From the NCBI GenBank assembly GCA_946542565.1, contig CAMNKR010000001.1, forward strand, positions 2,721 to 66,720: 64,000 bases of DNA, given 5' to 3'. Source of the DNA: an uncultured Prevotella sp. GTDB lineage: Bacteria > Bacteroidota > Bacteroidia > Bacteroidales > Bacteroidaceae. A model generated the notes under the pieces. It worked only from the letters and a program-made list of their open reading frames with translations, was not told where the DNA came from and made no database searches. Positions 1 through 8,689 of this stretch are shown here, piece by piece. Both the position numbers and the translations under genes were made by a program. Positions within the stretch are counted from its first letter, which is position 1. The number at the start of each line of letters is the position of its first letter.

Positions 1-414
1 GTGGAGGACCAGATAGGGGTGAGCAAGGACTTCAACGGCTTTGAGCTGCGTGACGCCATTATCAATCGTGACGTCGTGAAGGCGAACCGTATCATTGACT
101 ACTTCGACAAGAACCCGAAGGCGGGAAGCATCTATGCATTCCTGCCTTTGTTGTTCAATTATTTCCAAAATCTGATGGTTGCTTTTTATTGTCCGAAACG
201 AAACGATGCTGCCGAGGTTGCAAGCTTCTTAGGACTCAGCAGTCCGTGGCAGGCTCAGCAGTACATGACGGGCATGCGCAACTTTACGGGCATGAAAACC
301 ATGCAGATTATTCGGAAATTCCGTGAGGCTGATGCCAAGAGCAAGGGACTGGACAATCCGTCAACACCTCCGGGAGAATTGATGAAAGAGCTCTTGTTTT
401 TCATTCTGCACTGA
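1..414 (+). CDS. holA: DNA polymerase III subunit delta, C-terminal part (gene starts before the window)
   Basis: Open from base 1. IGVSKDFNxFEL...READAKSKG...LKELLFFILH resembles the Bacteroidota HolA C-terminus. Confidence 0.85.
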   Translation: MEDQIGVSKDFNGFELRDAIINRDVVKANRIIDYFDKNPKAGSIYAFLPLLFNYFQNLMVAFYCPKRNDAAEVASFLGLSSPWQAQQYMTGMRNFTGMKTMQIIRKFREADAKSKGLDNPSTPPGELMKELLFFILH

Positions 415-1247
415 TTTTTTTGCTTCCTGACGACCTCTTTTTGGGGGTTCCAGAGGGTGCAAAAGAGAGAAAAACACCCATTTTCCGACGCTGGAATTTC
501 CAGAATTTCCTTTTTTCGTGACAAGAAAAAAAGGGCTTTTAGCTTGTGGGAATCAGTGTTTCGACTCAAAAAAGGGCTCGAAAAACGGGCATATTTTCAG
601 AAATTCCGAGGGCTGTTCAGAATTCTTCAAGGAATCCGTTTTTTCCATTTTTCGGAGCTTGAAGTTTTACCTTTCACATTTGCTAACGTTTCGTTTTCTG
701 AATTTTAGAGATTTAAATCTTTAAATCCCGAAATAGATTTTATGAATTAAAAGTGTAAATTAAGAATGTAAAACGTAAAACCATCCCCTTGAATATGATG
801 ATTATAAACGTAAAGTTTTACCTTTAGTTAAGTAAACCAATATTTATACATTATTCTTATTGGGGTTGTATATATCTAAAAACCAATATGTTATACGTTA
901 TTTAGTCAAAAATCTGCAAGATTGGCCAAGAAGTTAGGACTGTAAATCTTGTATATAGAGGCCCGACGTGCAAGTTGGTGCTAAATAGCCTATTTATAAC
1001 TAGCTATTTACGAAAATATCTTGAATAAATGCGAAGGAGCGTTTTTAGGAGTGTAAATTTAGATTTATAAAAATAAAGTCGTTACTTCAGTCTTTAAAGA
1101 TTTAGATTTAGAGATTTAAAATCATAAACTTGAAATTCAAAATTAAAAATTTCCTTTATATTTGTTGGAGGTTACGAAAAAATGTTTTACCTTTGTAAAC
1201 GAAAAAGAAAACGCGGCCTGAAGGCCCATTTTTTGACTTAAGACAGA
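415..1247. other. Long non-coding region with an AT-rich core and repeated short motifs (candidate oriC or regulatory region)
   Basis: No credible ORF. Very AT-rich at about 700-1200. GTTTTACCTTT at 664, 815 and 1184; TTTAGAGATTTAAA at 704 and 1107. Confidence 0.5.
1188..1195 (+). promoter_or_regulatory. Bacteroidota sigmaA -7 element (TACCTTTG) for the HTH gene
   Basis: Matches TAnnTTTG, with a TTTG upstream at 1161-1164. Confidence 0.6.
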
Positions 1248-1721
1248 ATGAAGGACAGAATTAAACAGGTAATGGAGAGTCTTCACATGACTCAACAGGA
1301 GTTTGCCGAACGGACGCAAATTGGAGCTGCTACATTGAGTAATATTTTCAACGACCGTTCACGGCCTAGCCTCAATGTGGTAGAACTGATTAAGAAAAAC
1401 GTGCCTGACATCAGTATTGACTGGTTGCTGTTTGGCGTTGGTGACATGTATGTTTCCAGAAATCAGGACGATGATACTCGTCAGACCCCAACTCCCGAAG
1501 TCGTTGATCAAGTGCTGCCCTTTGGCTCGCCAGCCACTCCTACCCCAATTTCGCCCACAGGACAGATGGCAGTAATGGGCGGAAAGAAAGTTGTTCGAAA
1601 CGATACAGCCGAGCTACTTGCAAAACTTGCTGAAAAGCCACAGCGAAAGGTCACCGAAATACGAGTGTATTACGATGACCAGACGTGGGAGAGCTTCGTA
1701 CCTGCGAAGAGCAAAGGTTAA
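1248..1721 (+). CDS. XRE-family helix-turn-helix protein with conserved C-terminal RKVTEIRVYYDD motif
   Basis: N-terminal HTH (TQQEFAERTQIGAATLSNIFNDRSRPS; DWLLFGxG). Confidence 0.85.
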   Translation: MKDRIKQVMESLHMTQQEFAERTQIGAATLSNIFNDRSRPSLNVVELIKKNVPDISIDWLLFGVGDMYVSRNQDDDTRQTPTPEVVDQVLPFGSPATPTPISPTGQMAVMGGKKVVRNDTAELLAKLAEKPQRKVTEIRVYYDDQTWESFVPAKSKG

Positions 1722-1993
1722 TTCTCTTCCAGGGGGGCCTCTCTTAGTCGCTCCAGTGCCCGGCAAAGTTGGTCGGGACAGGACGTGTTCTTTGTACCGC
1801 AGCGTATGCCGTCAATCTTGCGGATGACATCGTCGATGTGCTGTCCGCGCACCAGTTGGCTTACGCCTTGAAGGTTTCCGTTGCAGCCCCCAAGGAAGAA
1901 TACTTGCTGAATGATGTTGTTCTCGTCGGCCGTCACGTCTATGAGGCGTGAGCATGTGCCCTTGGTTTCGTACTGTATATGCTTTGTCTTCAT
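1718..1993 (-). CDS. TSCPD-domain (TIGR03905-like) small protein
   Basis: GTCS...GGCNGNLQG...GIRCG..TSCPDQL. Start taken at ATG 1993. Confidence 0.85.
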   Translation of the reverse strand: MKTKHIQYETKGTCSRLIDVTADENNIIQQVFFLGGCNGNLQGVSQLVRGQHIDDVIRKIDGIRCGTKNTSCPDQLCRALERLREAPLEEN

Positions 1994-2029
1994 CTTTGAT
2001 AGGATTATTTCGTGTGCAAAGTTACACAT

Positions 2030-2095
2030 TTCTCCCGTTCGACAAAAAAAAGAAAGTTTTTTCTTTGTTTTGTTCTCGCTTAATCGTAACTTTGC
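2030..2095 (+). repeat. Dispersed promoter-bearing repeat, copy A (ends in TAACTTTGC)
   Basis: 63/66 identical to the reverse complement of 10593-10658. Confidence 0.9.
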
Positions 2096-2116
2096 GCCGT
2101 CAAATTATGACAAAGT

Positions 2117-2590
2117 ATGAGTAAAGACGAAAAATACCAGCTATTGATGGAGCAAATCGAGGCTTTGGTTGAAGGGGAATCTGATGACGTGGGCATCATG
2201 GCCAACGTGGCAGCAGCCATTCATGAGGCCATGGGCTTCTGGTGGACGGGTTTTTATCGTGTTCTGCCAGTCGTGCTGGGTTCGGCTACGCAGTACGAAC
2301 TGCGTCTGGGGCCGTTTCAGGGTCCTGTTGCCTGCATGCATATCGGCTATGGTCGCGGAGTGTGTGGCACGGCGTGGCAGCGCGGAGAAACCGTCATCGT
2401 ACCCGATGTTGAGCAGTTTCCCGGCCACATAGCTTGCAGCTCGCTTTCACGCTCGGAGATTGTTGTACCCCTATATAATAAGGAGGGTGAGGTTGTGGCT
2501 GTTCTCGACATAGACAGCAAGGAACTTTCAGCCTTCGACGAGACCGACAAGCGCTGGCTTGAACGCATCTGTGGGCTTTTGGCTAAATAA
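2117..2590 (+). CDS. GAF-domain protein, free methionine-R-sulfoxide reductase (MsrC-like)
   Basis: WTGFY, LGPFQGPVAC, GRGVCG, FPGHIAC, SEIVVP and LDIDS motifs. Confidence 0.85.
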   Translation: MSKDEKYQLLMEQIEALVEGESDDVGIMANVAAAIHEAMGFWWTGFYRVLPVVLGSATQYELRLGPFQGPVACMHIGYGRGVCGTAWQRGETVIVPDVEQFPGHIACSSLSRSEIVVPLYNKEGEVVAVLDIDSKELSAFDETDKRWLERICGLLAK

Positions 2591-2601
2591 GGCTAATGGG
2601 C

Positions 2602-2646
2602 CCCTATAAGCCCTATAAGCCCTATAAGCCCTATGAGCCCTATAAA
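2602..2646 (+). repeat. 9-bp tandem repeat (CCCTATAAG) x5
   Basis: Directly visible; units 4 and 5 each carry one substitution. Confidence 0.95.
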
Positions 2647-2653
2647 AAAAAGA

Positions 2654-3463
2654 ATGATGAAGAAAAAAATACTTGACCTGACGGTGCGCAGTGCAGACCA
2701 ACTGAACGAGCGCTACGTGCTGTTGAAGCTGACCCACCAAGAAGTGCTGCCTACGATGCAGCCTGGTCAGTTTGTAGAAGTGCGTGTTGATGGTTCGCCT
2801 ACTACATTTCTGCGGCGTCCCATCAGCATTTGTTTTATCGACAAGGAGCAAAACGAGTTATGGCTCCTCGTGGCAGCTGTGGGCGATGGCACGCGGCGGT
2901 TAGCAAAGCTGAGACCTGGCGATGTGCTGAACTGTGTGTTGCCCTTAGGCCACGGCTTTAGCACGACGCCTCCTGACGCAAATGCAGCCCATGAGGGAGA
3001 GCGTGCAGGGATGCTCCTTGTAGGGGGTGGCGTAGGCGTGGCACCGCTGCTTTATTTGGGGGCAGAGTTGAAGCGTCAAGGCGTGGAACCCACTTTCCTC
3101 TTGGGTGCCCGTAGCCGGAAAGACCTGTTGCTGCTCGATGAATTTCGCAAATACGGCCGTGTCTTCGTGACTACCGAGGATGGTTCCGAAGGCGAGCGGG
3201 GTTTTGTGACGCAACACTCTCTGCTGGGGCGTGAGCAGTTTGGCCGAATAGCCTGTTGCGGCCCGAAACCCATGATGATGGCCGTTGCCAGTATGGCTCA
3301 GAAGCTGGAAACCGACTGCGAGGTGTCTCTTGAGAACATGATGGCTTGTGGCCTGGGGGCGTGTCTCTGTTGTGTCGAAAAGACGACTGAAGGCAACCTC
3401 TGCGTCTGCAAGGATGGACCCGTATTTAACACAAGACGATTATTATGGCAAACCTGCAAGTAA
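2654..3463 (+). CDS. pyrK: Dihydroorotate dehydrogenase electron transfer subunit
   Basis: [37 protein letters not shown]. Upstream of pyrD. Confidence 0.93.
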   Translation: MMKKKILDLTVRSADQLNERYVLLKLTHQEVLPTMQPGQFVEVRVDGSPTTFLRRPISICFIDKEQNELWLLVAAVGDGTRRLAKLRPGDVLNCVLPLGHGFSTTPPDANAAHEGERAGMLLVGGGVGVAPLLYLGAELKRQGVEPTFLLGARSRKDLLLLDEFRKYGRVFVTTEDGSEGERGFVTQHSLLGREQFGRIACCGPKPMMMAVASMAQKLETDCEVSLENMMACGLGACLCCVEKTTEGNLCVCKDGPVFNTRRLLWQTCK

Positions 3464-4356
3464 ATATAGGCCGTCTTACCCTGAAGAACCCGGTGATGAC
3501 GGCGTCAGGAACGTTTGGCTACGGCCTCGAGTTTCAGGACTTTGTTCCGCTCCATGAGCTGGGCGGCATCATTGTGAAGGGCACTACGCTGCATCCACGC
3601 GAAGGCAACGACTATCCGCGCATGGCCGAGACAGCCAGCGGCATGCTGAACTGCGTCGGGCTGCAAAACAAAGGAGTGGAGTACTTTTGTGACCACATAT
3701 ATCCGCAGATTAAGGACATTGATACCAATATGATTGTCAATGTCAGCGGTTCGTCGCCCGAAGACTACGCCGAGTGTGCTGCCCGCATAGACCGGCTCGA
3801 CCGCATACCGGCCATCGAGCTGAACATTTCGTGTCCCAACGTCAAGGATGGGGGCATGGCCTTCGGCGTGACATGTGCAGGTGCCGAGAGTGTGGTACGT
3901 GCCGTGCGCAAGGCTTACCACAAGACACTCATCGTGAAGCTTTCGCCCAACGTGACCGACGTTTCAGAGATAGCCCGTACGTGCGAGGCCGAAGGTGCCG
4001 ATGCCGTCTCGCTCATCAACACGCTGATGGGCATGGCCATCGACGTGGAGAAGCGTCAGCCCGTGCTGAGCATCAAGACGGGCGGACTCTCCGGCCCGGC
4101 CGTCAAGCCCGTTGCGCTGCGCATGGTGTGGCAGGTTGCCAAGGCGGTCAAGATTCCAGTGGTGGGCTTGGGCGGCATTATGAACGCTCGTGATGCCATC
4201 GAGTTCTTCATGGCCGGTGCTACAGCCATAGAGATTGGTACGGCCAACTTCGTCGATCCTGCCGTCACGCTGAAGGTGCGCGACGGCATCAACGAGTGGT
4301 TAGACCAGCACGGCTACCACTCCGTCTATGAGATTATCGGTGCTTTAGAAGATTAA
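3445..4356 (+). CDS. pyrD: Dihydroorotate dehydrogenase (class 1B) catalytic subunit
   Basis: [35 protein letters not shown]. Confidence 0.95.
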   Translation: MANLQVNIGRLTLKNPVMTASGTFGYGLEFQDFVPLHELGGIIVKGTTLHPREGNDYPRMAETASGMLNCVGLQNKGVEYFCDHIYPQIKDIDTNMIVNVSGSSPEDYAECAARIDRLDRIPAIELNISCPNVKDGGMAFGVTCAGAESVVRAVRKAYHKTLIVKLSPNVTDVSEIARTCEAEGADAVSLINTLMGMAIDVEKRQPVLSIKTGGLSGPAVKPVALRMVWQVAKAVKIPVVGLGGIMNARDAIEFFMAGATAIEIGTANFVDPAVTLKVRDGINEWLDQHGYHSVYEIIGALED

Positions 4357-4375
4357 GTACCAGTGTAGTTGCTGT

Positions 4376-6583
4376 TCAGCGAATGAACAGCAACTCCCGG
4401 TATTTGGGCAGTGTCCAGAGCCCGTCCTCAACAATGAGTTCTAATTTGTCTATCTCGTAGCGTATGGCCTCCATCTTGGGGCATACGGTGTCGTGATACT
4501 GAATGGCCCGCTGGTGAATGTCTTGAATGCGGTTGGCCACGCGGCGGGCATTTGTCAGTTCCTCCACCAGCTGCTCTATCTTCTCCGTGCGCTCGGCTAT
4601 TTCCTCTATCAGTTTCACGTTGCGCGCTGTCAGGCTACTGGCCTTTGTCGTGGAGAAGAAGGTAGAAGAGAATATGTCGTTCATGCCCTGCACGTTCTTA
4701 ATGAGCTTCGACTGGTAGTGGGTGCAGACAGGAATGATGTGGTTCATGGCCAGGTCGCCAAGGACGCGAGCCTCTATTTGTACGGTCTTTACGTACATCT
4801 CCCATTTTACCTCGTTGCGGGCTTCCAGCTCTTTGCGGTTCATCACCTTTGTGCTTTCAAACATGCGGACGCTTGTCTCGTCTAAGTAGTGCTCGAAGAT
4901 GACGGGGCACGACTTCTCTACGTCCAGTCCGCGTCGGCGGGCTTCTTCCACCCATTCGTCTGAGTATCCGTTACCGTCGAACCGTATGGGTTTACAGGTC
5001 TTGATGTCGTCCTTCAGCACCTCCAGAATGGCGCTCACTTTATTTTCGCCTTTTGCCATGCGCTCATCCACCCGCTCCTTAAACGAGGTCAGCGCTTCGG
5101 CCATTGCGGCATTCAGGGCTATCATGGCACTGGCACAATTCACGCTTGAACCAGGAGCACGGAACTCGAAACGGTTGCCGGTGAAAGCAAAGGGGCTTGT
5201 GCGGTTGCGGTCGGTATTATCGATGATGATGTCAGGTATCTGCGGAATGTCTATCTCTTTTAATGAGGAATTAGTAATGAGCAATGAGGAATTCTCATTG
5301 TTCATCTGCTCGATATGGTCGAGCAGTCCGTTGAGTTGTTTGCCCAGGAAACTCGAAATGATGGCTGGTGGCGCCTCGTTGCCGCCCAGACGGTGGGCGT
5401 TAGTCGCACTCATGATGCTGGCTTTCAGCAGTCCGTTGTGCCGATATACAGCCATGAGCGTCTCAACGATGAAGGTAATGAAGCGCAGGTTCTCCTCCGG
5501 GCTGTTGCCCGGTGCGTGTAGCAGGATGCCCGTGTCGGTAGATAGGCTCCAGTTGTTATGTTTTCCGCTGCCGTTGATGCCGTCGAAGGGTTTTTCGTGC
5601 AGCAGCACGCGGAAGCCATGCTTGCGGGCAACCTTCTTCATGAGTGACATCAGGAGCATGTTATGATCGACCGCCAGGTTACAGTCTTCGAAGATGGGGG
5701 CCAGTTCAAACTGGTTAGGAGCCACCTCGTTGTGGCGAGTCTTAACGGGGATAGCCAGTTCAAGGGCCTGAATCTCAAGGTCTTTCATGAAGGCTTGCAC
5801 GCGGTCGGGTATGGTGCCGAAGTAGTGGTCGTCCATCTGCTGGTTCTTTGCACTTTCGTGGCCCATCAGCGTACGGCCCGTCATCAGCAAGTCGGGACGG
5901 GCACTGTAAAGACCTTCATCCACGAGGAAGTACTCCTGCTCCCAACCCAGGTTCACCGTCACCTTCCTGACGTCGGTGTAGAACAGGCTGCAAACGTCTG
6001 TGGCAGCCTTGTTGACAGCGTGCAGGGCCCGCAGCAGCGGAGCTTTGTAGTCGAGTGCCTCGCCGGTATAGGCTATAAAGATGGTGGGAATACAAAGCGT
6101 ATCGTCAATGATGAACACCGGACTGGTGGGGTCCCAGGCTGAGTATCCGCGTGCCTCGAACGTGTTGCGTATGCCGCCCGACGGGAACGAGCTGGCGTCA
6201 GGCTCCTGCTGCACCAGCAGTTTACCTGAGAATTTCTCCATCATGCCACCTTTGCCGTCGTGCTCAACAAAGGCGTCGTGCTTCTCTGCCGTACCTTCTG
6301 TCAGCGGCTGAAACCAGTGCGTGTAGTGCGTCACGCCCATCTCCATGGCCCAGCGTTTCATGCCTTCGGCCACAGCATCGGCTATCGAGCGGTCCAGCCG
6401 TGTACCGTTGTCCATGACGTCAATCATCTTTGCATAGATGCTGGCCGGCAGGTAGCGGTACATCTTTTCACGGTTAAACACGTATTTACCAAAGTATTCT
6501 GAAGGGCGCTCCTTCGGAGTCTCTATGTTGACGGGCTTCTTCTTGAAGGCCTCCTCAACGACGCGGAATCTTAAGTCTGACAT
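4376..6583 (-). CDS. glnA: Glutamine synthetase type III
   Basis: THYTHWFQPLT, EPDASSFPSGGIR, HNEVAPNQFE, DRNRTSPFAFTGNRFEFR. Confidence 0.95.
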   Translation of the reverse strand: MSDLRFRVVEEAFKKKPVNIETPKERPSEYFGKYVFNREKMYRYLPASIYAKMIDVMDNGTRLDRSIADAVAEGMKRWAMEMGVTHYTHWFQPLTEGTAEKHDAFVEHDGKGGMMEKFSGKLLVQQEPDASSFPSGGIRNTFEARGYSAWDPTSPVFIIDDTLCIPTIFIAYTGEALDYKAPLLRALHAVNKAATDVCSLFYTDVRKVTVNLGWEQEYFLVDEGLYSARPDLLMTGRTLMGHESAKNQQMDDHYFGTIPDRVQAFMKDLEIQALELAIPVKTRHNEVAPNQFELAPIFEDCNLAVDHNMLLMSLMKKVARKHGFRVLLHEKPFDGINGSGKHNNWSLSTDTGILLHAPGNSPEENLRFITFIVETLMAVYRHNGLLKASIMSATNAHRLGGNEAPPAIISSFLGKQLNGLLDHIEQMNNENSSLLITNSSLKEIDIPQIPDIIIDNTDRNRTSPFAFTGNRFEFRAPGSSVNCASAMIALNAAMAEALTSFKERVDERMAKGENKVSAILEVLKDDIKTCKPIRFDGNGYSDEWVEEARRRGLDVEKSCPVIFEHYLDETSVRMFESTKVMNRKELEARNEVKWEMYVKTVQIEARVLGDLAMNHIIPVCTHYQSKLIKNVQGMNDIFSSTFFSTTKASSLTARNVKLIEEIAERTEKIEQLVEELTNARRVANRIQDIHQRAIQYHDTVCPKMEAIRYEIDKLELIVEDGLWTLPKYRELLFIR

Positions 6584-6585
6584 AT

Positions 6586-6740
6586 TGGGTGATGGGTGAT
6601 TGGGTGATGGGTGATGGGTGATGGGTGTTGGGTGATGGGTGTTGGGTGATGGGTGTTGGGTGATGGGTGTTGGGTGATGGGTGTTGGGTGATGGGTGTTG
6701 GGTGATGGGTGTTGGGTGATGGGTGATGGGTGTTGGGTGA
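6586..6740 (+). repeat. Heptamer tandem array TGGGTG(A/T), 22 units, filling the aguB-glnA intergenic space
   Basis: Directly visible: 2 units, one extra T, then 20 units. Confidence 0.97.
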
Positions 6741-6742
6741 TT

Positions 6743-7597
6743 TCAGTCTATGTATCGTTTTGTAATGTCTGAATATTCTTCTATGCGACGGTCCCTGAGG
6801 AACGGCCACCAGCGGCGTACCTGCTCGCTGCGTCCTAAGTCGATGTCGATGACTGTGCTCTCTTCCTCCGTCGTTGAGGCTTCGTAGAGCAGCTCGCCTT
6901 GTGGCCCTGCAACGAACGACGTGCCCCAGAAGGGAACCCCGTCCTCCAGGCCTACGCGGTTTACCGTCACCACGTGAAGGCCGTTGGCCACGGCATGGCC
7001 GCGCTGTACCGTCTGCCATGCCATGCGCTGGCGTTCCTGTTCTTCCGGCGTGTCGTGCGGGTCAAAGCCAATGGCTGTGGGGTAGATGAGTAGTTCGGCA
7101 CCCCTTAGTGCCATGAGGCGTGCTGCCTCGGGGTACCACTGGTCCCAGCATACCAGCACGCCCAGTCGGCCAACGCTGGTCTCTATGGGGTGGAAGCCCA
7201 AATCGCCCGGTGTGAAGTAGAACTTCTCGTAGTATCCGGGGTCATCGGGAATGTGCATCTTGCGGTACTTTCCTGCTATGCTGCCGTCGCGCTCCAGCAC
7301 CACGGCCGTATTGTGATAGAGTCCTGGTGCACGACGCTCGAAAAGCGACGTGACGATGACCACGCCGTAGCGTTTGGCCAGCTCGCCATAGTAGGCCGTA
7401 GAAGGTCCCGGTATGGGTTCTGCCAAGTCGAAGCATTCTACGTTCTCCGTCTGGCAGAAGTAGGTCGTGTTATGCAGTTCTTGCAGCACGATGAGCTCTG
7501 CTCCACGCTGAGCCAGACTGCCTATGCCTTCAGCCAGCCGCTGCATGTTCCGGCGGGTGTCGTCAGTGTTGTGCTGTTGCAGGATTCCAATTCTCAT
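6743..7597 (-). CDS. aguB: N-carbamoylputrescine amidase (carbon-nitrogen hydrolase)
   Basis: LQEL, KYRKMHIPDDP, YEKFYF, VCWDQWYPE (E-K-C triad). Adjacent to agmatine deiminase. Start taken at ATG 7597. Confidence 0.88.
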   Translation of the reverse strand: MRIGILQQHNTDDTRRNMQRLAEGIGSLAQRGAELIVLQELHNTTYFCQTENVECFDLAEPIPGPSTAYYGELAKRYGVVIVTSLFERRAPGLYHNTAVVLERDGSIAGKYRKMHIPDDPGYYEKFYFTPGDLGFHPIETSVGRLGVLVCWDQWYPEAARLMALRGAELLIYPTAIGFDPHDTPEEQERQRMAWQTVQRGHAVANGLHVVTVNRVGLEDGVPFWGTSFVAGPQGELLYEASTTEEESTVIDIDLGRSEQVRRWWPFLRDRRIEEYSDITKRYID

Positions 7598-7682
7598 AAA
7601 GTTGTCGTCGTTACACAATTACGGCGCAAAAGTACTACATTTTTTCCGTTCCACAAAGTTTTTTTGCCGAAATGTAGCTTAA

Positions 7683-8687
7683 CTATCCATACAGTTGCAT
7701 GGTGCAGCAGTGCAGACTGCCGTGCTGACGAATGACGGGCCGACAGTCTATTGCCACCATTTCACGCTCCGGATAGGCCTGGCTGATTGTGTTCAGTGCC
7801 TCTTGGTCAAGGTCCTCCTGACCATAAGTAGGTACGAGTACGGCACCGTTGATAACCAGATAGTTAGCGTATGTTGCGGGCAGACGCTGGCCTTCGTCAT
7901 AGATGGGGCGGGGTAGTGGCAGTCGCAGCAGCCTGTAGGGGAGGCCTTCAAGTGTTCTAAGCTCCTGCAGCTCACGTTCCAGGAGTTCAAGGTCGGGGTG
8001 TTCCTCGTCGCCGCCTGTATATAATAAGGTGTTGTCGGGGCAGATGCGCACCAGCGTGTCGATGTGGCCGTCGGTGTCGTCGCCGATGAGTGCCCCGTGT
8101 TGCAGCCACACCACGCGCTTGGCTCCTAACCAGCACTTCAGCCGTTCTTCTATCTGTTGTTTTGCCAGCGGCTGGTTGCGGTGGGCAGCCATCAGACAGC
8201 ACTCCGTGGTAAAGATGGTGCCTTGGCCGTCGCTCTCAATGCTTCCGCCCTCCAGTACGAAGTCTAAGTGCGGCTCGTAAGTCCCTCTGACGAGCCCTTT
8301 ATCCCAGAGTTGCCTGTTGATGGCATTGTCTAACTGAGCAGGGAATTTCTCGCCCCAGCCATTGAACTTGAAGTCCAGCAGGATGAACTCTCCTCTCTCC
8401 TCTTCAACGACCGTGATGAACCCGTGGTCGCGTGCCCAGGTGTCGTTGGTCGGGATGGTGGCAATAGAGTGGGGAACCGGTGGAAAAACCGTCGAGCCTG
8501 GTGCCGACACGATGAGCAAGTCCTCACGCTTGCCGATTTCTCGGGCCATTTCTTCATAGACGCGGGTGATGTCGCTGAGCATGGGTGCCCAGTCGGTATC
8601 CTTATGTGGCCACGTCAGTTGTACTGCGCTTTGTCTTTCCCATTCGGCAGGCATGCAGCGCTTTGGGGGTGTTTGCAGTGTGTTCAT
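7683..8687 (-). CDS. aguA: Agmatine deiminase / peptidyl-arginine deiminase family
   Basis: PAEWE, WARDHG, LEGGSIESDG, DTDGHID, GSLHCCTMQ. Confidence 0.9.
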   Translation of the reverse strand: MNTLQTPPKRCMPAEWERQSAVQLTWPHKDTDWAPMLSDITRVYEEMAREIGKREDLLIVSAPGSTVFPPVPHSIATIPTNDTWARDHGFITVVEEERGEFILLDFKFNGWGEKFPAQLDNAINRQLWDKGLVRGTYEPHLDFVLEGGSIESDGQGTIFTTECCLMAAHRNQPLAKQQIEERLKCWLGAKRVVWLQHGALIGDDTDGHIDTLVRICPDNTLLYTGGDEEHPDLELLERELQELRTLEGLPYRLLRLPLPRPIYDEGQRLPATYANYLVINGAVLVPTYGQEDLDQEALNTISQAYPEREMVAIDCRPVIRQHGSLHCCTMQLYG

Positions 8688-8689
8688 TG

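Noticed and set aside
6555-7019. ORF with HPSPNTH/PITQ repeats
   Set aside because: It is a translation of the heptamer array overlapping aguB and glnA in another frame.
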